IMG/VR virus record: IMGVR_UViG_3300039306_000022
Location: 1-44,883 of that record
DNA: 44,883 bases
Strand: one strand, 5' to 3'
Origin: a virus
Lineage: Duplodnaviria; Caudoviricetes
Part shown: in pieces, positions 9,372 to 19,062 of the stretch
Layout: each line of letters begins with the position of its first letter
How positions within the stretch are numbered: position 1 is the stretch's first letter
Position numbers and translations under genes: made by a program
Notes under the pieces: generated by a model
Seen by the model: the letters and a program-made list of their open reading frames with translations, nothing else
What the model was told of the DNA's origin: nothing
Database searches by the model: none

Positions 9372-9911
9372 ATGGCACTTATTTTTCAAGATATGCTCCG
9401 GACTGACGGTCGTGACAACGACGGCGGTTTGTTGGTATTTGCCTACTGGGCACTGTACACGGACATTCTGACCTTTCCCAAGGTACCGGTTGCACCGACT
9501 ACGCTGGCTGAGAAGGTAACGATTGCGGACCCCTTCGTAATGAAGCAGGGGAAAAGGTTCTGGCAATTCCAGAGCACGCTGCTGACCTCTTCCCTTGATG
9601 GCGAAGGTGTAGGCGAGCGTGATGGACGCTCAGCAGAAAACAAGGTAACCCTCAAGCGCGTGGGTAACGAAGCCGAAGTCATTGGCTGGGTCGAACAGGT
9701 GAAAAACTCCGACCTAGTACTGATTGTAAGCCACATCAACGGCAACAAGCGGGTGATTGGATCGGAAGGCCTGCCGGCTTCTCTCGAGAAGTTTACCATC
9801 AAGTCCGGCGGTGCGGTGAAGGATGAAATTTCGGTAGTAGCTGAATTTATGTCCGTAGGTCGGATTGCTCCCTTCTATACGGCTGCCGTGCCGCTTACGC
9901 CGGCCGTTTAA
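9372..9911 (+). CDS. Major tail tube protein (putative)
   Basis: 179 aa, beta-rich, DNDGGL…GERDG…APFY pattern. Confidence 0.6.
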   Translation: MALIFQDMLRTDGRDNDGGLLVFAYWALYTDILTFPKVPVAPTTLAEKVTIADPFVMKQGKRFWQFQSTLLTSSLDGEGVGERDGRSAENKVTLKRVGNEAEVIGWVEQVKNSDLVLIVSHINGNKRVIGSEGLPASLEKFTIKSGGAVKDEISVVAEFMSVGRIAPFYTAAVPLTPAV

Positions 9912-9923
9912 TCTTTCCCGGCT

Positions 9924-10136
9924 ATGAAAGAAGTCGTAAAGCCCTCTCCGGCACTGGAGGGGAAATTTGAAGTAATTGGGGTAGTACCCGGGCTGATCAA
10001 TGTTCCCAATTACGGGAACGTGGATCTGCGCTGGGTGTCACTGGAGCTGGCTGAAAAGCTGTACGCGGAAGGTTGCCCCTACTTAAAGAAGGTATCAGAA
10101 AGGAAGAGCAAAGCCCTTCCTAATGAAAGTGAATAG
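9924..10136 (+). CDS. Hypothetical protein
   Basis: Operonic ORF followed by a terminator. Confidence 0.7.
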   Translation: MKEVVKPSPALEGKFEVIGVVPGLINVPNYGNVDLRWVSLELAEKLYAEGCPYLKKVSERKSKALPNESE

Positions 10137-10167
10137 GTTAAAGAATGTTTTAGTTGGTTAAATTTTT

Positions 10168-10199
10168 AAAGGGCCTGGTTGTTTATCAGGCCTTTTTTT
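10168..10199 (+). terminator. Rho-independent terminator
   Basis: AAAGGGCCTGG…TCAGGCCTTTTTTT hairpin with U-tract. Confidence 0.8.
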
Positions 10200-10212
10200 A
10201 ATCCGTATTCAG

Positions 10213-10527
10213 ATGGGAAAAACGTTTTTTGTCAAAGAGAAGCCTGAAGAAGAAGATTCCGCCGAAGATAGCAAGGCAGAACGCCTGGCCAAGGTAGAGG
10301 AGATTATGGCGTTTGTCAAGCTGCAATACCTGCCAGCATCCAACCTGCCGGAGGCTGACTTTACTTTGACCACCCGGGAAGTTTACGATCGACTCCAAAA
10401 GCACTATCCAACCCTGCTCTACGCCCGAAAGGATGTATTCAACCTGTTGAGCAGTTTGGGGTATTCGTACGTGATTATAGAAGAGCTGGACTTTCACTGG
10501 CTCTTTAAAGAGAGACGGGCAGCGTAG
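10213..10527 (+). CDS. Hypothetical protein
   Basis: 104-aa ORF. Confidence 0.7.
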   Translation: MGKTFFVKEKPEEEDSAEDSKAERLAKVEEIMAFVKLQYLPASNLPEADFTLTTREVYDRLQKHYPTLLYARKDVFNLLSSLGYSYVIIEELDFHWLFKERRAA

Positions 10528-10530
10528 TGA

Positions 10531-10565
10531 GTCCTTTCAGTAGCAATTGCCGGCGTTTACCTTCG
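10531..10565 (+). promoter_or_regulatory. Putative late promoter, copy 3 (GTCCTTTC-N19-TACCTTCG)
   Basis: Upstream of the terminase operon. Confidence 0.7.
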
Positions 10566-10570
10566 GGTAT

Positions 10571-11170
10571 ATGTCGGCAATTGCTATTTCTAACTGGCTC
10601 CGATCGGAGCAGAACTATTCGGAAGGATGTGTACTATTCGAACAATACGGGACGAACGAGCCCTTAAAACGCCTGCTGAAAACGGGGGAGTCGCCTTTCA
10701 CCAGGATCAAGTTGTTGGAAGAGCTCTCGATGCTTGCATCAAAGCCATCAACCGCTTCGGCTGGTGTTCCCGCGCAGCCGGAAAAGCCTATTCCCGATAC
10801 CGTAAAGCAGCTAAACGAAGACAGGGTGAACCTTTTTAAGCAAACCGCCCGGCTGCACGCGCAGCTTCCTCTGCTGGCCACTAACGAAGAGCGACTCCAG
10901 TACGCCCTGACCATCAAGCAGAATTTCAGGCTCATTAACCAGTACTGGGCACAACTGCGTCAATTCGAGCAGACCGGCCAGCTCCCCACCCCTCCGGCGC
11001 CTGCAGAACCCATACCCCTGCTGCCCACCGACCCGCTGCAAATGCACGAGCGGCTCAGAAATGTTCGCACCTACATCTGCAAGCACCGCAACAACCCAAA
11101 GCGAGCCGACCACGTGGCCGGCTGGATCACTGAACGAGACGAACTGGAAAGGAGACTAAATAATGCCTAA
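10571..11170 (+). CDS. Hypothetical protein upstream of terminase
   Basis: ATG at 10571; overlaps the next gene. Confidence 0.75.
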   Translation: MSAIAISNWLRSEQNYSEGCVLFEQYGTNEPLKRLLKTGESPFTRIKLLEELSMLASKPSTASAGVPAQPEKPIPDTVKQLNEDRVNLFKQTARLHAQLPLLATNEERLQYALTIKQNFRLINQYWAQLRQFEQTGQLPTPPAPAEPIPLLPTDPLQMHERLRNVRTYICKHRNNPKRADHVAGWITERDELERRLNNA

Positions 11171-11735
11171 GCAGTCCAACAAGTATTTGGAGGTGGACAT
11201 CTATTTGCTCCACGTCCAGGAGCCAGAAGCCCATCCTCTGCCCGACCACGTGAAAGTACGCGTGGAGCGCTGGGAGTTTGCCGACAACCTCATCCAGAAG
11301 CACGGCATCTGCCGCACCTCCATTGCCCTGCACCGTCAGAAGTTTTCCATCGACCAGGCCACCGTCTATCGGGATTTTGATTCGGCCATGCAGGTGTACG
11401 GTTCTATACACCGAAATCAGAAGGATTATATGCGCCACGTGCACCTGCAGAAGGTCTACAAGGCACTGGACTGGGCAGAAGACGAAAAAGACATCAAGGC
11501 CTACATTCGAGCAGTGGCTGAACTGAGGAAAAACGCCCAATTTGAGAAGGAAGACCAGGAGGTGCCCGACTGGAGCCGCCTGCAGCCTCCTCAGTGGATT
11601 GTGGGCTTTTTTCCGGAGTTGCTGAACAATCCGCTGCCCGATAACTGGGAAAACCAGGTCCAGAAGCTAATCCAGACCAAGCGTAAAAAGGACCTCAACC
11701 TTGAAGACGCTAAAATTGTAGAAAGCGATGAGTAA
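11163..11735 (+). CDS. Probable terminase small subunit
   Basis: Overlaps TerL; HTH-like SIDQATVYRD segment. Confidence 0.55.
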   Translation: MPKQSNKYLEVDIYLLHVQEPEAHPLPDHVKVRVERWEFADNLIQKHGICRTSIALHRQKFSIDQATVYRDFDSAMQVYGSIHRNQKDYMRHVHLQKVYKALDWAEDEKDIKAYIRAVAELRKNAQFEKEDQEVPDWSRLQPPQWIVGFFPELLNNPLPDNWENQVQKLIQTKRKKDLNLEDAKIVESDE

Positions 11736-13371
11736 CCGCCAGAAGCTGCATTACAACGTTCCTCAGTTGCTTTTTCACCTGGTACAGGCCGCTATCAACG
11801 TCGTTATTTGGGGCCGGGCGACGGGTAAAACCGAGGGCCCTATGGCCTTCTTTACGCTCGACAACATCCACAAGATGCCTCGCTCGAACGGCTTTCTGCT
11901 GGGCACGACCTACGAGCAATTATTAACCAGAACAATACCACCCTTGATTGCCGGCTGGGAAAAGCTGGGTTACGTGGAAGGCATTCACTTTTTTGTCCGA
12001 AAATTCGCGCCCGACTATTACAAATGGCCTAAGGCCTGGAGACACCCATTAAAGGCTGAACACTATATTCATTGGTACAACGGATCCGGCATCTACCTGG
12101 TAAGTCAGGACCGACCCGGTACGATCAACGGGGTGCGTACCCAGTGGGGAGCCGGTGATGAGGCTAAATTCTTAAATAAGGAAAAGCTGGATAACGAAGC
12201 TTTACTCACGATGGCCGGCCACGCCGACAAGTTTTCCCACCTCTCTAATTACCTATCGTTGCTGTTCTGCTCGGATATGCCTACTACCTCAAAAGGAAAA
12301 TGGCTGCTGGAGTATCAGCAGATGATGGAGCCGGAAACTATTGAAGCCATCCTGATGGTGCAAAGCCAGATTATAATGCTTCAGACGCAGATGCAGGAGG
12401 CTAGTGACGCCACCAAGAAAAGGCTTCAGGGCCAGCTCAATCAATTTGAGCAGTACCTCAATGAGCTACGAAAAGAGACGGTTTACTTCTCAATGGCTTC
12501 TACCCTGGACAACATTCACGCCCTAGGTCTTTCTCCTATCAAGCAGTTTAAGCGTACGCTCTCCGATCTGGCTTTCCAGATATCAGTCTTAAATAAGCAG
12601 ATCTTAGCCATTGAGAACGGCTTCTATGGGCTGTTGAATGAGGATGAGCACGGCTACGAGATGGCCAATTATGCCTACATCGACAACTTATATGGTAGCG
12701 GATACAAAAGGGACTTAAAGAAAGACTGCAGGTGGGACGGGGACATTCAACCCTACGAGCCGCTGGATATTGCCTGTGACTACAACAACTCTATCAACTG
12801 CGTATGCGTAGGGCAGGAGAATCACACCAAGGGCTGGGAGTATCGGCTATTGAATAGTATGTACGTACTCAACCCCTTACTGCTTAAGGACTGTATCCAG
12901 AAGTTCCACGATTACTACCAGCACCACAAGAGCCGCTACATCAATTACTACTACGATCACACGGCAATTGCTGGCAATGCTTCTTCTGATCTATCCTACT
13001 CGGATGAGTGGATCCAAGGCCTGACTAGCCTGGGCTGGCACGTCACCCCCTACTACATAGGCCAGGCTCCTTCTCACCATTCCCGCTACCTGCTCTGGAG
13101 CAACCTGCTGCAGGGCCAGGATAGCCGACTGCCCCGCTTTGGTTACAACATTACCAATGCCGGTAGCTGGTCCACTGCGGCTAAGCAGGCCGGGGTGCTT
13201 AAGAAGGGCGAGTTCTTTGAGAAGGATAAGAGCTCAGAGAAGCAAGGCTCTGGCATTCCACCCTATGAGGCCACCCATCAAACCGATGCAGCTGACACCC
13301 TCATCTACGCCAAGCTGCGTGCGCGCATTGGCAAGGCAGCAGGGGAGTTCTTCGACACCATGGTCATCTGA
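11728..13371 (+). CDS. terL: Terminase large subunit
   Basis: Walker A GRATGKT, Walker B GDEA, nuclease DYN and H.TDAAD motifs. Confidence 0.9.
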   Translation: MSNRQKLHYNVPQLLFHLVQAAINVVIWGRATGKTEGPMAFFTLDNIHKMPRSNGFLLGTTYEQLLTRTIPPLIAGWEKLGYVEGIHFFVRKFAPDYYKWPKAWRHPLKAEHYIHWYNGSGIYLVSQDRPGTINGVRTQWGAGDEAKFLNKEKLDNEALLTMAGHADKFSHLSNYLSLLFCSDMPTTSKGKWLLEYQQMMEPETIEAILMVQSQIIMLQTQMQEASDATKKRLQGQLNQFEQYLNELRKETVYFSMASTLDNIHALGLSPIKQFKRTLSDLAFQISVLNKQILAIENGFYGLLNEDEHGYEMANYAYIDNLYGSGYKRDLKKDCRWDGDIQPYEPLDIACDYNNSINCVCVGQENHTKGWEYRLLNSMYVLNPLLLKDCIQKFHDYYQHHKSRYINYYYDHTAIAGNASSDLSYSDEWIQGLTSLGWHVTPYYIGQAPSHHSRYLLWSNLLQGQDSRLPRFGYNITNAGSWSTAAKQAGVLKKGEFFEKDKSSEKQGSGIPPYEATHQTDAADTLIYAKLRARIGKAAGEFFDTMVI

Positions 13372-13398
13372 CCCACTGCTTATGTGATTGCGTTTGCA

Positions 13399-13498
13399 AG
13401 CCCCGCACCAGGCCACCACCAGGCCTAGGGTGCGGGGCTATACCCGTTTGGAGCCCCGCACCCTCATATATCGTCAAAAACAGCACCGGCAATTGCCG
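13399..13498. repeat. GC-rich AGCCCCGCACC repeats (direct, inverted, direct) and palindrome CGGCAATTGCCG
   Basis: Copies at 13399-13409, 13429-13439 (inverted) and 13452-13462; palindrome at 13487-13498. Confidence 0.7.
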
Positions 13499-13660
13499 CC
13501 GGCCGACAGCGCGCGTCGTGGTGAGTTGTGTGAGCGATTTTTGTAAAAATAATTTCAAACGAATTAAAAAGCTGACTGATAAGCCTTTATCTATTTTTTG
13601 CTGCGAAAGGCGTGTTTTTCCTGTATTTCGGAGTATTTTAAGGGCCAAAGCCTTTATTCT

Positions 13661-13894
13661 ATGCGTAAATCCACTATTCCGGCCCAGCACGACAGAGACA
13701 TCCGTCTCAACCGCCTGATTCTTTTTGCTGATTCCATTGGCTATGAGTTCCGAATCAAGGGAGCCGAGCTGACCGATATTGTTGCCGGCATTGACCGGCA
13801 ATACGAAATGGTGAAAGGAAAGAAAAATGGCGACTTTCACGTGGACGTCTGTGAGCTCACCGGCCGCAGGCTGAAGGATGGCGTACTGGTTTAA
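13661..13894 (+). CDS. Hypothetical protein
   Basis: ATG at 13661, 77 aa. Confidence 0.55.
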   Translation: MRKSTIPAQHDRDIRLNRLILFADSIGYEFRIKGAELTDIVAGIDRQYEMVKGKKNGDFHVDVCELTGRRLKDGVLV

Positions 13895-14121
13895 CTGATC
13901 TGGGTGCCGGAAATTTTTCGAAGGGATTGAAAGAAGGCTTTCTTTTCCGACTGCTTTTCTATTTTTTGAAACTGGCTGTACATTCTCCAGCTCAGGGCAA
14001 TCACATTGTGGTCTACATTCCACCAACCCTCGCACTGGGCACCGTCGAGCGCGGGCAGATATTGAATCACCAGTTCAATGGGTTCCTCATAGCGAAGGTA
14101 TAGCGTGAGTCTGGTTTGCAC
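13891..14121 (-). CDS. Hypothetical antisense moron
   Basis: GTG start downstream of a CTTATTTG -7-like element; convergent stop overlap. Confidence 0.45.
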   Translation of the reverse strand: MQTRLTLYLRYEEPIELVIQYLPALDGAQCEGWWNVDHNVIALSWRMYSQFQKIEKQSEKKAFFQSLRKISGTQIS

Positions 14122-14167
14122 GTGATTACTTTTCTGCAAATAAGCTACTTTATAGCCTAATTTCCCT

Positions 14168-14202
14168 GTCCTTTCTCACCCTGTCTCGCTTCTCTACCTT
14201 CA
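14168..14202 (+). promoter_or_regulatory. Putative late promoter, copy 4 (GTCCTTTC-N19-TACCTTCA)
   Basis: Upstream of the portal/lysis operon. Confidence 0.7.
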
Positions 14203-14226
14203 CTGCCCAACAGTAATTCTTCGGTA

Positions 14227-14541
14227 GTGAACACAATTGCCATTAAAGATGCACTCAAGAAAATGGAGCTCCGCGATCACCGCGGTAACGCCATTCCTTT
14301 TTCCCTGCAGTTCACCACCTGCGATGAAAACCGCTTAACCGGTGGTGAGATCATTACCGCCGAAGGAGTCATTCTGGCCCGTAACAGCAAGCGGCTTTTT
14401 AGATCTAAAAAGTCTTCCACTGACCGGGCTGCCAACGAACACGACAACGGCACCCGGAACCTGCTTTTTCCTAACGGGGAAATCCGCAAATGCCACATGT
14501 GGCTCATCATCCAATTTAACGGACAATTCACGCACTTATGA
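14227..14541 (+). CDS. Conserved phage protein upstream of portal
   Basis: PFS..F.T…GGE and NGTRN motifs; ATGA coupling to the portal gene. Confidence 0.7.
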   Translation: MNTIAIKDALKKMELRDHRGNAIPFSLQFTTCDENRLTGGEIITAEGVILARNSKRLFRSKKSSTDRAANEHDNGTRNLLFPNGEIRKCHMWLIIQFNGQFTHL

Positions 14542-15899
14542 GCAGTGTACAAATATCAGGCGATTTGAATGCTGCCTACCTGGTCGATCACCAGGTCTCA
14601 GTTTCCCTGTCTTCCGGAAAAGGAAAAAAGGGCAGCGGAACTAAGGAGCCAAGCGCTAGCTCTCCGCTAATTAAGCCAGGTTCAGAGATTGCAGCCGGTA
14701 AAATTGCCAAGTGGGGTGATAATAATCTCTTTCCCCAGGAAGTGGTGGCCGCTTGTCGGAAAAACACGCTGGTACCATCCACGCTCGACTGGAAGGCCCG
14801 GGCGCTGTACGCTGGCGGGCTGATTACTGGAAAAACTTCTTACGATGAGGAGGGAAACGAGAAATTCAAGCCGGTTCGGGATATCAACTTCGAAGCGTTC
14901 CGTCGCACCAGCGGCCTGCACCTCTACCTGATTGAGGCCATCAAGGACTTTTATTGGTTTTATCACGCCTTTCCTGAACTGGTGCTGTCTGCCGATCGGA
15001 AGAAAATCAACTCTATTGCCACCCAGGATGCACAGTTCTGTAGATGGGAGCTGCAGAATGAAAAGACGGGGCTGGTTGAAAACTGCTACGTCAACGCCAA
15101 CTGGGAAAACAACGAGAAAGAAGACAGCAGTTACGCCTCCAAGGTGCCAGTCTTGGATCCCTATTACGATCCGGCCACTTTCCTGCAGTATGGCAATGAA
15201 TACAAGTACATCTATCCGCTTTCCTATCCCTCTTCGGGAAAAGTATACTACCAGCTGGCCGACTGGCATTCCATCATCGAGTCCGGCTGGCTGGGCTTTG
15301 CCAACTACCTGCCCGAATTTAAGCAGGCCCTGATGAAAAACCAGATCACGGTCAAGTATCACATTGAGATTGCCGACTGGTACTGGGAGAAGAAACACGG
15401 GCAAGCGTGGGCTTCCTATACGCAACCGGTCAAAATCCAGAAAATGGAGGAAGAGCTGAAGCGCTTCAACGATATGATGTCGGGCGCTAAAAATGCCGGC
15501 AAAGCCATCATGACTATGATGCAGACCGATAAGCAAGGCATGAATCAATTCCCCGGCTGGAAAATCACGTCAATTGATGACAAGCTGCAGAGTGGTGCCT
15601 ACATCGAAGACAGCCAGGAAGCTTCAGCGCATTTACTCTACGCCCTGGGCGTAGACGGCACGCTGATCGGGAGCGCACCGGGCAAGAATATGGGGAGCGG
15701 CTCAGGCTCTGACAAGCGGGAGGCCTTCAATATGTATCTGTCGATGTGCCAGATCCACGCCGACATCATCCTCTCTCCGCTCTATCTGATCCGGGATTAC
15801 AACGGCTGGGATCCGGAGCTGGAATTCAAATTCAAGCAGCCTTTCCTGCAAACGCTCGACAAGGTTTCCCCTAAAAAACGCGCAACCACGACCGAATAA
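14538..15899 (+). CDS. Portal protein (putative)
   Basis: 453 aa; WGDNNLFP, NAGK and GSGSDKRE motifs typical of Bacteroidota phage portals. Confidence 0.75.
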   Translation: MSSVQISGDLNAAYLVDHQVSVSLSSGKGKKGSGTKEPSASSPLIKPGSEIAAGKIAKWGDNNLFPQEVVAACRKNTLVPSTLDWKARALYAGGLITGKTSYDEEGNEKFKPVRDINFEAFRRTSGLHLYLIEAIKDFYWFYHAFPELVLSADRKKINSIATQDAQFCRWELQNEKTGLVENCYVNANWENNEKEDSSYASKVPVLDPYYDPATFLQYGNEYKYIYPLSYPSSGKVYYQLADWHSIIESGWLGFANYLPEFKQALMKNQITVKYHIEIADWYWEKKHGQAWASYTQPVKIQKMEEELKRFNDMMSGAKNAGKAIMTMMQTDKQGMNQFPGWKITSIDDKLQSGAYIEDSQEASAHLLYALGVDGTLIGSAPGKNMGSGSGSDKREAFNMYLSMCQIHADIILSPLYLIRDYNGWDPELEFKFKQPFLQTLDKVSPKKRATTTE

Positions 15900-16879
15900 T
15901 GGCTCTATTTTCAACCACGGAGGAGTTGAAGGAATACCTTCCTGCCACCGGCACCTTCGATTTTGCGGCAGTCAAGCCCTATATCCACCAGGCAGAGGTA
16001 AAATATATTATGCCCTACCTGGGAGTAGACCAGTTTAATCAGCTGCGGGTCGCTTACCAGGCTAATTCCCTTTCCAGTGCCCAGACCAAACTGCTGGAAT
16101 TAGTGCGTATCCCACTGGCCAACTTTGCCTTTGCCCTTTTTGTACCGGTGGGCCAGCTGCAGATTGCCGCCTCGGGTATCCAGCAGGGTGGATCCAAGGA
16201 CAAAAAAGCGGCTGCCCAGTGGCAGATCGATGAGCTGCAGGCGTCTTTTATGAATGCCGGCTACGATTCCATCGACCCAATGCTGGAATACCTGGAGGAA
16301 AACAAGCTTCTTTTCCCAGCTTGGGCCGGATCCTCGGCTTACACGGTCCTCAAGCAGTTTTTCATCAATACCGCCCGTCAATTCAGCGAATTTGTCTGGA
16401 TCAATGAATCCCGCCGTACCTTCCTGGTTTTGCGGGCCCAGATGAAGAAGGTAGAGGAGTTTTCTATCCTCTCCATATTATGCAAGCCTTTATTCGCAGA
16501 ATTGAAAGCCCAGACTCTCTCTTCAGCAATCAGTGAGGCAAACCAGGTGCTCCTTGACCTGATCCGACCAGCCGTAGCCCATTTGACCATCGCCCGAGCT
16601 ATTGAAGAACTGTCCGTCGTGTTTTCTGAAAACGGCATTCAGGTATCTAACAGCACCGTTTCTACTTACACAAAGGGAAAGCAACCTGCTCCTGATCTTC
16701 AATTGCAACGACTAAAGAGCCAGGCACAGACCGACGGAGAAACCTACCTGGCCCAGATCCGGGAATTGCTGGAAGGGGATCTGGATGCTTACCCACTTTA
16801 CCGCGACAGTCCCTGCTATCAATCCAAAGCGCACCGGCTCTATCAGAATGATCCGGAGTCCGGCCTCTACGTCTTTTAA
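15899..16879 (+). CDS. DUF6712-like head-tail connector protein
   Basis: Two-repeat helical protein following the portal gene. Confidence 0.55.
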   Translation: MALFSTTEELKEYLPATGTFDFAAVKPYIHQAEVKYIMPYLGVDQFNQLRVAYQANSLSSAQTKLLELVRIPLANFAFALFVPVGQLQIAASGIQQGGSKDKKAAAQWQIDELQASFMNAGYDSIDPMLEYLEENKLLFPAWAGSSAYTVLKQFFINTARQFSEFVWINESRRTFLVLRAQMKKVEEFSILSILCKPLFAELKAQTLSSAISEANQVLLDLIRPAVAHLTIARAIEELSVVFSENGIQVSNSTVSTYTKGKQPAPDLQLQRLKSQAQTDGETYLAQIRELLEGDLDAYPLYRDSPCYQSKAHRLYQNDPESGLYVF

Positions 16880-16891
16880 TATTTAACAATA

Positions 16892-17425
16892 ATGAAAACT
16901 GCACGATTCTTAAAGGCCGTGGAAGATACCCTACTCCACGAAGGCGGCTACAATAACAGGGTTACTGACAAGGGAGGTGCCACTAACTGGGGCGTTAGCC
17001 TCCGGCTTCTGAAAGCCATTAAGAAGGACTGTAATGGTGATGGCCAAATCGACTGGCTTGACATCAAAGGACTGACTAAGGAAAACGCTATCGACATTTA
17101 CTGGTTCAACTTCTGGAAATCCATCTACGATGTAGTGCCCGCCCGGCTGGGAGCAAAGGTCTTTGATACGGCCGTAAATGCCGGCCATGCCCGTGCCCAC
17201 AAGCTGCTGCAGCAATCGCTCAATGCCCTGGGCAGTAAAATCAAAGCCGATGGCCTGGTGGGAAATGTCACGCTTTCGGAGTGCGCCAAATACGCTGAAG
17301 CCGACATTCTGAAGATGTATTGCATCCAGCAAAAGGCCTTCTACGATTCCCTGGTGGAAGAAGATGCTTCACAGGAAGAATATATAAACGGCTGGACCAA
17401 ACGCGCTAAATGGCTGCCTAAATAA
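16892..17425 (+). CDS. Endolysin, glycoside hydrolase family 108 with peptidoglycan-binding C-terminus
   Basis: HEGGY, DKGGATNWGV, FDTAVNAG, DGLVG and GWTKR motifs. Confidence 0.92.
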   Translation: MKTARFLKAVEDTLLHEGGYNNRVTDKGGATNWGVSLRLLKAIKKDCNGDGQIDWLDIKGLTKENAIDIYWFNFWKSIYDVVPARLGAKVFDTAVNAGHARAHKLLQQSLNALGSKIKADGLVGNVTLSECAKYAEADILKMYCIQQKAFYDSLVEEDASQEEYINGWTKRAKWLPK

Positions 17426-17667
17426 TGTCTGAAAAGCGCTGGAGACCCGGCCGGCCCGGAGTGGCTGGTCCTGATTTTGAGAAACTGTATCGCGATTTGC
17501 TCTTCCAGCTGAATCATCGCATTACAGGACCAGCCTACTCAATTCAGGGCATTATTAGTCTGGACCTTTCCGATCAGGAAAAGCTCGAATTGATTAGAGA
17601 ATGCACAACTAAGCTCGACGCTATAGCCAGAGACATCAGCCGGCAATATTCAGATTTTAATTCTTAA
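17425..17667 (+). CDS. Small protein resembling a stand-alone HisKA (DHp) helical hairpin
   Basis: LNHRITGPAYSIQGII…LELIRECTTKLDAIARDI. Confidence 0.5.
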   Translation: MSEKRWRPGRPGVAGPDFEKLYRDLLFQLNHRITGPAYSIQGIISLDLSDQEKLELIRECTTKLDAIARDISRQYSDFNS

Positions 17668-17670
17668 CGA

Positions 17671-18180
17671 ATGCCCCAGACAGACACCCTGCAGATAATT
17701 ACGAAAACCGTCTCCACGGTGGCGGAGCCCGTTCAGGCCACCTCGGCCAACTGGGTAGTGGCTTTTGTGCAGGCATACGTCTGGCAGGATCCCAGGGCTA
17801 TTTACTATTTACTGATTGCCTATGCAATCTCGCTGGCTCTCAAGTTGCACATCGTCTATAACGAAGGGCAGCTTACGGCTAAGAAAGGAGGGAAAGATCT
17901 ATTCAACTCCATTACGAATATCTCCGGGTTGCTGGTGTTGCTGTATTTATCTTCCAATTTGGGCCATTTTGTAAAACTGCTGGACTGGTTCCCGGATACA
18001 GTTTACGGGGCTATTATGTTGGCCCTATTTCTCCAGGTGGCCAAACACCTTTCGAAGTTGGGCTATATCACGCCTGAACTATACAATTTTATTGAGGGAA
18101 GACTTAAGAATTTTTTTAAAAACAATGAAAAAGATGATACTCAAGATCCTCAAGATCCTATGGACAGCCCTAAAGAATAA
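17671..18180 (+). CDS. Holin (putative)
   Basis: Three or more hydrophobic segments and a charged C-terminus; lies in the lysis cassette. Confidence 0.65.
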   Translation: MPQTDTLQIITKTVSTVAEPVQATSANWVVAFVQAYVWQDPRAIYYLLIAYAISLALKLHIVYNEGQLTAKKGGKDLFNSITNISGLLVLLYLSSNLGHFVKLLDWFPDTVYGAIMLALFLQVAKHLSKLGYITPELYNFIEGRLKNFFKNNEKDDTQDPQDPMDSPKE

Positions 18181-18571
18181 AGTAAGCATTGATTTCGGCA
18201 AAGTCGGCACCCATATTCAAATTGGGTTGACGGTTATACTGGCCTTCTTCATCATTATAACCCGTCAGCAGACCAAACAGGTTGATGAGAACACGGTCCA
18301 AATCAAAGTGGTAAACAGAGTCGTCACTCAGTTGCGGGATTCGGTACGAATTGTAGACAAAGTTGCCGATGCCAAGATTGATTCCATGCACAAGGAGGTT
18401 AAGCAGTTGCATGAAATTATACTCAAAAACGATAAAACTGTCGCCCAGTTCCAAAAGCAAATCGACGCCCTGAAGGCCGATCGCAAAAACGTGGAGCCGA
18501 CAATGAAAAAACTATCTGATGATCAGATGGTACGGTACATGGAATCTATGAAAATTGAGAAAAAGAAATGA
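18125..18571 (+). CDS. Inner-membrane spanin-like protein
   Basis: Single N-proximal TM followed by a coiled coil; overlaps the holin 3' end. Confidence 0.55.
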   Translation: MKKMILKILKILWTALKNKVSIDFGKVGTHIQIGLTVILAFFIIITRQQTKQVDENTVQIKVVNRVVTQLRDSVRIVDKVADAKIDSMHKEVKQLHEIILKNDKTVAQFQKQIDALKADRKNVEPTMKKLSDDQMVRYMESMKIEKKK

Positions 18572-19062
18572 AAAAGCTGTTTTTCCTCATTGCCTTCCTA
18601 GCCGCTGGGCACCAAGTAGCAGCCCAATCGGGGCAAAAAACTCAAGGGCCACCTAGGTCTTCGCCTGAAACAATCAACCTCAAGCCCCGTCGTATTGTAT
18701 GGGAAGGAGATACGTTGTTTGGCTATACCCGTACCCAGCAAAACGAGATCGCCACGAAGATCACGCTGGGTAAAATCGACCTGGAAACGCTGGAAAAGAA
18801 AGAACTCCAGCTGCAGAAAGTCAATAATAACGTAGAGAACCTGCGCAATATGGTCTTGTTGCGGGATGGGGAAATTAAGGAACTCAACGAAAAAATACGG
18901 GTGCGCGATCAGCTCATTATGCAGCACGAAGGCCTTATTGAGCTACAGGAAGCCGAGATTAAGCACAAGGAAAAGCAGCTGGCTAAGCAAAAGGCAAAAT
19001 CCCGTGTATTTCCCTTCCTGGGGGTGGCTTTACTCATCTTATTACTCATTGTCCTGTTATGA
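18568..19062 (+). CDS. Secreted coiled-coil protein with C-terminal membrane anchor (spanin-like)
   Basis: Signal peptide ending AA-Q, coiled coil, hydrophobic C-terminus, no Cys. Confidence 0.55.
   Translation: MKKLFFLIAFLAAGHQVAAQSGQKTQGPPRSSPETINLKPRRIVWEGDTLFGYTRTQQNEIATKITLGKIDLETLEKKELQLQKVNNNVENLRNMVLLRDGEIKELNEKIRVRDQLIMQHEGLIELQEAEIKHKEKQLAKQKAKSRVFPFLGVALLILLLIVLL

Noticed and set aside
14682-15548. Long antisense ORFs (288 aa here; also 22120-22833 and 13364-14035)
   Set aside because: Shadow frames of real genes with no recognisable motifs
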